From Tubiluchus corallicola (Eukaryota > Animalia > Priapulida), in contig JAQGDQ010002380.1 in the NCBI GenBank assembly GCA_030141605.1, positions 314,950 to 378,949 on the forward strand: a stretch of 64,000 bases of DNA. Direction: 5' to 3'. A program made the translations under genes and the position numbers. The notes under the pieces are model-generated. The model saw nothing but the letters and a program-made list of their open reading frames with translations. It was not told the DNA's origin and did no database searches. This document shows positions 54,264 through 64,000 of the stretch, in pieces (within the stretch, counting starts at the first letter, position 1; the number at the start of each line of letters is the position of its first letter).

Positions 54264-57200
54264 TCTAAATCATGGAATCGTACTTAATCTGATTGCTTTA
54301 TCACAGTGTTGCCATTCTGGTTGATAAAGATTATTGTTTTGGAGGCTAAAAATTATAGTATTTTCCACCATATTATCGCATTTTCATGCAAAATTCAAAA
54401 TTACTGTGTATTTGCAGCAAATTATTATTATCATTGTATAATTATGCATTTAATAAGTAACCATAACACCAAAAAGTACCATTAGCAAGTGTAAAATTAA
54501 GTTTATCAAAACACAATAGAATGTTGCTAATTCCTGCATGTGCAGAACGAAGCCTGATCGTTGTCATCATGGCCATTTGACAACTATGAATGGCCCCTTT
54601 AAACTGATTAACTGTAACTGCTTCCCTTTGAGGTAAACCATTCCACAGATCCTATGACTGATAAAAAATTTCGTAATATAAAATTTATTCTTTAATTTTT
54701 ACCGTTTGTTAAACTACTCTCTTTTGAAATTACTGCTGTTTTCTGAAAACTGTTACCACTAATTTGCAACCAGCATGGTTTGAACTACAACAAAATCAAA
54801 ATTTATTTACATTTCCACGGTAAGCAGTAATGTATTTTCATATCTAAATTATCCTGTAATTATCTGTTATCATACAGTCTGTTTTTTTGTATGGTATGAA
54901 GCATCAAATTATCGTATATTCGAATAAATTTCATATAAAAAGCAACCCTGTTTATCATTTTCATGTCAGGTAAGTGCTAGAAAATAGAACGAAGGTAGAC
55001 TGTAGCAGTGTGTAGTTAATATAAAAAAGAGTTCCTTTAAGGGAAAATAGAATGGTGTATAATGTTCTCTTATGATCAGTGATTATTTTATCATTTTTAT
55101 GTTTTTATTTAGAAATGCTCCTTTTAAGGGAAAATTAAAATAAGCTTTTAGCATGTAATGGACTGAGTGGAATTCTGAAATAGTGTTGTTCCCTATAATA
55201 ATTTTACAATTTTAGTCAAAGGATTATGTGCAGTTTTAATAGAAATATTATTTTATGTTCTATGCACTAAGTGGGATGGACGTTTTTGTTGTTGTTGATA
55301 TACACTATCTTTTCTCTATATACCAGCTAGAACTACACCACTATTGTTATGCATTTGGGAAGTTTTACTTATGGACCAAAGTTGACCTTGCCTTTTTTGC
55401 CCATTTCTGAAGTTAATTATTGTAGGTTTTATATTTTAGAATTTAAATGTGCCACATTGTTCCTTTATTAGGGTAGAGGATTGAGTAATATTTTATCAAT
55501 TGTGCCAAATAAATTATCTTGTTCTCGCTTAAAGCGGCTTAGGACTATAATAATGGTGGTTATATGCGCCATGCAGTTTCTATATTTGAATGAAAATACA
55601 GCATTATTTTGTTAATTGTGCCAAATGAGTTAATACGTTTCTGCTTAAAGTGGATTATCAAGTTACTGCTGTGTTATTTGATTACAGTAATTTTTGTGGC
55701 TTTATAAATCGTGGACCAAGTCCACATTAAGATGAAATTATATTTTTTGTAAACAGGATGAAACAGGATAGGAAATAAGTTAACAGGTTTCTGCTTAAAG
55801 CAGATTACCAAGTTACAGATGCACTAAGCTATACTTTTTGATTACAGTCATATTTATAGCTGTATAAATCGTGGATTGAATAATTAAAATGAAATTATTT
55901 TCGTTTCTTTAATGAGATTATTCTTGTTTATTTAAACTTTAACTATGTTTCTGTGTTACAATAAATGAACTCAAAGCAGAAAATGCAGTTCCTTATATGT
56001 TTAAATTCCTGGCAAGAATAAGGGGGCATTTTATAGTACAATTCTAATGTTGTATATGTTAGATATCATGAAGCAATATCAATTTATCAGAATAGCTCAT
56101 TGCCACACACTTAAGATTTCTGGAAGTCAGTGATCAAAAGTTATATTACTGCATATTTTATTTAATAAAAACTTTAATTTGCAAACAATATGCAGCCAGT
56201 AATATGCTAGAATCTTGCTTGTTTCTCTTGTCACATCAAACTCGCATGTACACAATCTCTAAGAACACTTAAATTGTTGCATGAGGTCTGTCTCAACAGT
56301 AAGAACAGCTACATGTGGGAGTTTTCTATATAATAGCTTACAATAACTGTACGATAAAATGATTTACTATTACCAGTTGACAGAGTACCACAATGTATAG
56401 AAATGAACAAGTGAACTCATAAGATATCATACTAAGTGCAGGTGATGCTACTCATTGTATAATAAATAAAAATTGGAAAAAGTCAAAAAGTTGATAAATC
56501 TTGTTGCTGTCTCATTTGATGTGACTTATCAAATGCACTTTCACTGTTTCCTTCATGCACTTTACTTAATCACAGCCTCTTTTTGTTGTTAGCTGATGTT
56601 ATTTTTCCGTAATTTGTTGTGATTTTTGTTATACAGTCATGCAATTTGTTTTGTTTTTTTACAGAAGAAGTGGTAGTTTGTTAACATTCTACTTTATTTA
56701 ATCTCATTTTAGGTGTCTGTTTATGTGCATAATACATATTTATGGTAAAGTTTTTTCGTATTAGGCTGCTTATTGACAAATAAGAGAAATGCTCACCTAC
56801 TATGCAAGCAATTATTTAAGTCTTGCTAAAATTAATAAATGAACAATCACAGCAATTTATCGTTAAAAAAATTAACATTGTTAATACTTTTGTGGTGTGT
56901 GGTGTCTGATATGAGAGTCGTCGTAAATACGCTGTCAACGCGTTGCCAAACGATCGGTTTTCCTGTTGAAGATATCCCGTTGTGGGATGTGTGAAAAAGT
57001 GGGATGCATCGTGAGGGATATTTTAAATTTGAGTGATATAAACAAAATTGGTAGGTTTGCAATACAGATAAGGCTGAACCTCTTACAGTCAGTTATGATA
57101 CCAGTGATTTATAATACAGAAACATGGAGTGAAGTAACAAAAGTAGAAATGGGTAGGATGGAAGAAATTCAGAAGGATATGTTACAAAAACTAGTATTAT

Positions 57201-59601
57201 CACAGAAGGTGTCAACTAGTTATAGGGGTATGCTAATAGAACATTGTACATAAGTATATGCTGTAGGTATACAGTTTGTACATATAAAGACTCTTAAAAA
57301 GTCAGCCTGGAAGAAACGTGTAAAAGAAAACGTAAAAAAATTATTAAAATTACTGCACATCACCAGATATACTCAAGAACTAAGTTAAGGTTCTTATCTT
57401 ATGAGCTGAGCATGATAAACCCAAGCAGTATATAACTGAGTTAACACTAGAACAGACAAAAAGGGTTTTAGAGATAAAGCTTAATATGCTACCACTAAAA
57501 TGTAATTATAGAAGTAAGTTTAAAGGAGATATATGGTGTCCGCTATGTGGTAAAGACAGAGGATCTATTCAGACGGTTATAAGAAATGTGCTACCAACTA
57601 CAGAAGTAAATTTCCAAAGTCTGATTGAGTCAGAAGATGCACAAATAGCAAAGCAGTAGGTGGAATTTGTTCAAATAGCAATGGAAACAAGAAAAAGAAG
57701 AGGTGTCGTGCTGGGAATTTAGCCAAAATAGTAACAGTCATAAATGGTTGATTAACATCAATGCTGATTACGTTACTTGTGTCTTGCGCGATAATATTCC
57801 TTTGTGCCTATCTAACCAGATAGAGTTAACACCGAGGAAACAACGAAACAACATGTGCTTACTGGAGAACCGCAACTGCAGCGACATGACATAGAGGAAG
57901 TTGAGGAACTGCAAGATGTAAAATGTACAACACTCATCGTATAGAAAAATATAATCTTAAAGTGAACAATACAAAGACCAAAGAATACGTTATACCCACT
58001 GCTAATTTAAACATCAACAATTCTTCCTAAATATCTTTTAATGACACAGATAAAGTCAAGGAATACATTATTTAAAAATGTGTATAGTTACCAGTCTCAT
58101 GAAGAAGTGAAACAGCTTTATACAAATTGGGCAAATTTTCCAGGATTTCAAACATGTGGTGTAGATGAAATTGATAAAATGCATCTGAATTGCATATTAA
58201 AAGAATTTTGTAATAAACTTAAATCAATGTACAGAAAACTATTTTTTACAAAGCTACATAATGATCCTAGACACAGTGATGGCAAAAACAAACTAAGATT
58301 TTATAGATATGTAAAAATCAGTAATGAATTAGAAGATTATTTCAAAATTATTTCTAATGAGAAACAGCGACAAATGATTACGAAATTACGTAACAGCGAA
58401 TATGACCTGGAAATAGAATGATTTAGATATCAAAATAAAAAAGGGCGTGAAAGGCTTTGTCAATACTGTCACAACAATAGCTCAAAATTAGTAGAAAACA
58501 AATTATATTACCTTTTTACTTGTCTTTTGTATAAAGATATTAGACAAAAATATGAGCATAAATATATCTTTGCAAAAAGGTAACATATACTCAGTAATGT
58601 GGTTTTTTTCTAATTGCAAACCCAGAAGACCTTATTCACTTTGGAAACTGCTTAAATGAATGTGATAAAAAAGGCAGTTATATCTTGGTGGTAATCTGTG
58701 AGTGCTGGATAAACCTTGTGCTGTGATTGTGTAATTTAATCTCGTTTGTGATTATATTAATTATTTAGGTTTTGTGTTTTTACTACTACTTTGTAGTTGT
58801 AGCATAAAGTTTTATTTCATAAGAGCACATAATTTCTTATTAGATTTAAGTAAGTTGTACAAACTCGTGGTTTTGCAATGTTGCATAATTGCATCTGTAT
58901 TTGTTGTTTTTCGTGTTTCTTGTACTTTGACTTTTTTGCAATTGTAATTTTTTGCCATGATACGCTATTGTATTTGTGCAATAGAACAAAATTGAAATTG
59001 AAGATGCGGTAATGATTCGTGGAAAAGATGTAAATAACTTGGTAACTTGTAAGACACCGATGCCCACATACAAAGAAGGAAAATTCTTAAATTGTCTGCT
59101 TATTCACATATCTCAATGATTTTTGATAACAATAGACTTTCTCTTGAAACCAGAGTCCGGATTCTTTCAACTTTAGTTGAATCTGTGTTTTTGTACACTG
59201 CTGAGCTATGGACAATAAAAGTTAAGCAACAGAAGGACAGTTGATGCTTTTCGAAGACGTCTCTATAGGAAATTACTCGCAATTAAATCGCCTGATAGAA
59301 TATCCAATGATGATCTGTATAATGCAGTCAAGAAGATTCCTGGTAGTAGACAAATACAAGTAAGAAAATTGCTTTGGATTGGGCACACACTAACAGTAAG
59401 ATTACCTCCTCTTCCTATGGTATTGCATAAAGCTCTTGAAACGACAAAAAACCAAGAGGCTGTCAACTAGGCTGACGTATTTAGGTTTTTGGTACAGATT
59501 TATGATCTAACATGTACATTAGGCAATTTGATACAGACATCATACTATATTCAAAATTTGTAGCTGCATATTTGCCATTAGTTTCTACTCAACAGACCAA
59601 G

Positions 59602-62600
59602 ATGACAAGTTTAAATAAGGGATGCACTTTGCCTTTATATGTGGTGGATGCTTTCACAAGCCAGGCATTTGCTGGAAATGCTGCTGCTGTATGTCTAGTG
59701 TCACACAATCAGGTAAATTAATGATGATCTGTCATTAACAAACTTTTCGTCTTAATTTGTTTTCAGCTATTTTTATTGCACTGTTCTTCACTGCAAATAA
59801 CTTGTGGTCCTGTAGCACAAACTCAGTCAATGTATGTGTCTTAATCGCACTCTTATTTATGTAAAGATATGAGTTTTTAACTACTAACTGATAATGTTTT
59901 TGTTATTTATTTATGTGATTAACTCAATGAATTAACTGTGTTACAATAAATAAATCATTATATTATAATATTTAAATCGCAGGCTTGCATAATAAAAATC
60001 ACTGGTTTATTTTTAGAAATATTGAAACAAATTTAACAAGTTAGTTGAAAACAAAAGTGTCCATTTAGTCACAGCTGAAATCAATTTGTAATCAATTAAA
60101 CTTATAACATCAGTCATAATAATGTCAGGATAATGGTGACTGTGCCTTTAAGTTATGTTTGTATTTGGATCTATTATAATAGTAGGTGTTTTTCATGAAG
60201 ATTTAGTATAATTTTAAGTGACAATTACAATGAGTATCAATGCAGAAAATGCATTTTGTTGTTGTTGTTGTTGTTGTTTCCGTTTCTACGGAGGCTTTGT
60301 AGTTTCTTTCTGCAATTCGAATAGATATTCTGAGTATTATTTGAACTGTACAAAACAGGAGATATGTTATATGTTCAAAATCTATTCCAAACAGTCCGAA
60401 GGCTGTGTTGTTTTTATTAGTTGAATTGTGGTGTAATCTGCATTTCTTGGGTTATATTATTAAATGGCTGTAGACATTGTGATGTATATAGTCATTCGGT
60501 TATTCTATTTTAGGTAATCGACGATGCAAAAATGCAAAAAATTGCTTTCGAAATGAACTTGTCGGAAACCTGTTTCATTGCACTGCCAACAGAAAACGAT
60601 TCGTTCAAGAATTCTTCCCGGTTTGGCCTGCGATGGTTTACCCCTGCCTGTGAAATCCAACTGTGTGGTCATGCCACTCTTGCTGCTGCCACGGTGCTTT
60701 TCTCTTGTGTTGGTAAGTTTGCTAAGCAGGACAGAAATGTAAATCTAGAAGCTGAACCTGAGTCAGTGCTACTACATCAGCTGACACTCACAGTAAATCA
60801 GCCAGCTGGAGTTCACCATTAAGAATGACAGATTTTGATTCTTATGTCCTGCAGCAACAATTTAGCGTTAGTTTGAATAGTTTTATTTGTGAACTGGCTT
60901 AAGTGATTCGACAGCACACCCCTTTATATGCCATATATCTCTCTATATCTCTCATATTTTATGTACTCACAATGTTAAAAAAAATCTCCTGGCTTATAAT
61001 CTGGCAACTCTAGCAATGGATTTATTGCAAATATAATTTAAATCCAACCCTTGGCAAGGCTTATCTGGATTACCAACAAATCAATACTAAAATACCAAAA
61101 TGATCCAATACGTGTGGCTAATGTTGCCTATTTGTGCATTTTATTTAATTTTGAATTGACTGCTTTCTCATTCAAATATTTCTGAAGTTTAGTATCTCTG
61201 CCAGCACACGTACAATATGACCGCATTGCGACCAGTGATTTCATCATCATCATAAGCCCGTTATGTCAATTGTAGACATTGGGCAGGCAGAACTCTAAAA
61301 TAAAAGAAATCTGCCCTCAAAACAGGTAAACACAGCAGTAATCTAGCAAAAAAACTGGACACTGCTATGCCAGTGACTTGTTCGCAAGAGCAAAAATCTT
61401 CACAGCTGGCAAAAATGTCAGCTACCTCGACTTCCGTCACCGAGCGGCTGGCACGACTAAAGCTGGGTTTCTTATCTGCTAGGTCGCCTGTAGAAATAAA
61501 CCGACTGGAGCTGAGCTGAAGCGGTATGGCTCTGGCTTCTATGTCGATCCCTTAAGTATTTTTCACGTTGTCTTGAAAATCAGGGAGTTTTTATTTGCCA
61601 ACCTAATACCAAACGAATTCACTGTGAATTTATTTGTGTGCTAATGCGTTTACTTCAAATAAGCTTCCATGCAGTTTTGCTTTTTTTCTTCTATTGTTTT
61701 TTTAGATTGTGTGCCTTTTTTGCATTTTAGGACTTAAAGCATTCCGCTGTTTTCAGTTCTCATCATATTTGGCATTTTCTTAGGAGACTGTCAGCTTTCC
61801 CTTCTTTTCATCTGCACTTTAAAAAATTGGAAAAGGAAAATAGTGCCTGTTAACCATATTCTAAACCATATTCTATTCCAATAATGAAATTACAATTAGG
61901 CATTGCAATATTTGATTGTATTGCTAATCCACTAATGCTACGATTAGGCTCTAAATATTTGTGAAATTGATAATCATTATGATAGGGGGGTCTGAAATTA
62001 AAAGGCAGCTAGTGAATATATCTACAGCTATGTAAATTATTACAGGTAACGAATTTACAGAGATTACATTTGATACGCTAAGTGGACCACTTGTTGCCAG
62101 AAAAAAAGAGGACAATTTTATTCTGCTAGATTTTCCTGCTAATCCAACTATTAGTGTTAACAAGGAAAATGTTAAAGATCTTTTAAAGGTACCTACTGTT
62201 TTGAATGACCTGTAAAACAAGTTTGCCTGGGTTTTTGTTGTAAGTAATTTTATCATTGAAGCTTTTAGCAGGTAGGTGGTTGACAGTTTGGAAGACATTC
62301 TGACGCCTTGGTATATTTATGTATTTTAGGAAATTTCCGGCGTTACTTGTTTTAACTGTGTGTGCTGGCCATGTTTTTCAAATGTATCATATGGGCTGTT
62401 TTTTTTTGGCCAATAGCTAAATTGCATCTTTGCACAGACTTTTTTGAAGGCATATTACTTAGTATTATCTTACTTGTATTACTTAGTATTACGCTTTCTT
62501 GCCTGCAATACTCATGTAAATAGAAAAGACACATTTTCTAGCTTTATGTAAGTAAAGGGCTTTCTTGCCTTTTATGACAATTTTTTGGTGTTTTAATTAA

Positions 62601-63519
62601 TCCTATTCAGTTTTCGAATTTGCCTGAAGAGGGGAGACAGCATGAGAGGAACATGGAAACTATTCAAAGGTGGGACGGGGGTGGGGGGGGGTGGGGGGTT
62701 ACAGTAATGGTGGCAGTGAAGCACTTGCTGTTACTTTAATGTTTCTTTTTACTGGCTGTTACACACACGTGCATGCACGCACGCGCACACACACACCCAC
62801 ACACACGCACTGTTACATAATATAGTAAAATATATCATATCACTCTTTTCGGTGATTCTAGATTGCATAGCACTCCTACAATAGGACTAGTTGAAGTTTA
62901 GCAAACAACTATCACAATTACTAACCTGACATTCTGTGCATTAAATTTAGAAATCCACAGATTAAAGATACGAGACAATGCCGCTATGATAAAACTAAGG
63001 GTGCATTCAGACTAGCGAGTTTTCTGTTGGGAGTTTTTCTCTAACACCAAACTTGCAAGTGTGAACTGCTTTGCGAGTTACTATCGACAAGTCATTGCAC
63101 ACTTTCAGACAGTTGCTACGAAATGATTTCCTGTTTAGTGTGAACAGTCTCAGCGAGTTACTCTTGACACGGCTCCCAGTGAATAGAGGAGGAGTATCAG
63201 CTGGTGCTTACTTCATGTTGGAGAATTTTGTTCTTTAGTCTGAACGTGCTTGCGAGTTACTTGGCGAGAAAATTTGTTAGTATGAATGCTTCATTACTCT
63301 CAAAAGCAGTGCGACAAAATATCAACATTCTTGCAACAGTCAAGTCATCTAAATTCTTCTTTGTAAAAAGTATTTTGGTCCGAACTTTAATACACTGTAG
63401 AATCTTATGTGAATGTTTTTTATAATACAGGTACTTGTTGGAGATTTACCTATTGTTGATGTGGAGTATGCTCCTGTTATACAACAAATGATTGTGTGTC
63501 TTCAAGATTCTGTGTCCAG
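59602..63519 (+). CDS. PBLD: Phenazine biosynthesis-like domain protein, copy 3 (first 4 coding exons; continues beyond window)
   Basis: Exons 59602-59712, 60514-60712, 62046-62188 and 63431-63519, apparently identical to copy 2. Confidence 0.9.
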
Positions 63520-64000
63520 GTGTGCATGTTGATAATTTTTTATTTGGTTTGTCGTGTGTCATTCGTTTTGCACTTTTCATTAGCTTTCATGTTATTATAC
63601 ATACTATAAAATTGCTGCAAATTGTACAAATCTGCAATTAATCTCTATTTCTATGAAGTGTGTTTGTGTATGTTTGTTTATTTGTTTGCTATAAAGTCCT
63701 GTTTTACTTATTTAACTTCAAATTTGGTCTATTAAGTTGCTAATACATCACACTCCCCATTGAATTATGGGATATGTACAGTTATGTGTAGAAATCAATT
63801 AACAAAAGCTGAAGACAGTCTACTTTTTAACTTTTGGCAGGAGCTCTACTTACATGAAAAAGAATTTAAAATACACTATGTTTCAGTCCATTGTTGGGTT
63901 CAAATTCTGATTGGATGAAAATTTTTCATTGTCTCATTCTTCATTCATTAGTCATTGATGTTATTATTGTTGTAAGTATAAGGCTTCATGTGTGTGTGTG

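Larger units (their letters stand above)
22952..64000 (+). repeat. Tandem segmental triplication; units ~22952-41492, ~41493-55917 and 55918 to window end
   Basis: ttattcttgtttatttaaactttaactat...caataaatgaactcaaa begins at 22952, 41493 and 55918. Colinear homology continues through the LINE relics and PBLD exons; the exon offset between copies 2 and 3 is 14387 bp. Confidence 0.93.

Noticed and set aside
29422-63519. Horizontally acquired phenazine biosynthesis cluster
   Set aside because: The genes are intron-rich PBLD-type, a family native to animals, and no other phz genes are visible

Overview
AT-rich, intron-containing animal (invertebrate-like) genomic DNA; the species cannot be fixed from the sequence. 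The left part (5.7-19.6 kb, + strand) is the 3' half of a calcineurin A (PP2B catalytic subunit) gene. Its regulatory region holds two tandem, frame-incompatible exons that each encode a calmodulin-binding helix: a canonical one at 16544-16631 and a divergent one at 13714-13813. There are also candidate 3-, 9- and 20-nt microexons and a possible alternative terminal exon. The right part (about 23-64 kb) is a head-to-tail segmental triplication with junctions at ~22952, ~41493 and ~55918. Each unit carries a 7-coding-exon PhzF/PBLD-family gene: two are complete (296 aa) and the third is cut by the window end. Both complete proteins have Cys at both active-site loops (LCGH and EDPVCGSA), a racemase/epimerase-like layout. 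Copy 1 has lost the PhzF catalytic Glu and is the only copy with a solo LTR, rich in heat-shock elements, just upstream of its first coding exon. The rest is nested LINE fragments (RTE-like, CR1-like), a broken THAP/P-element, several MITEs, a tRNA-derived SINE and mini/microsatellites. All calls come from manual reading and translation; no searches were run.
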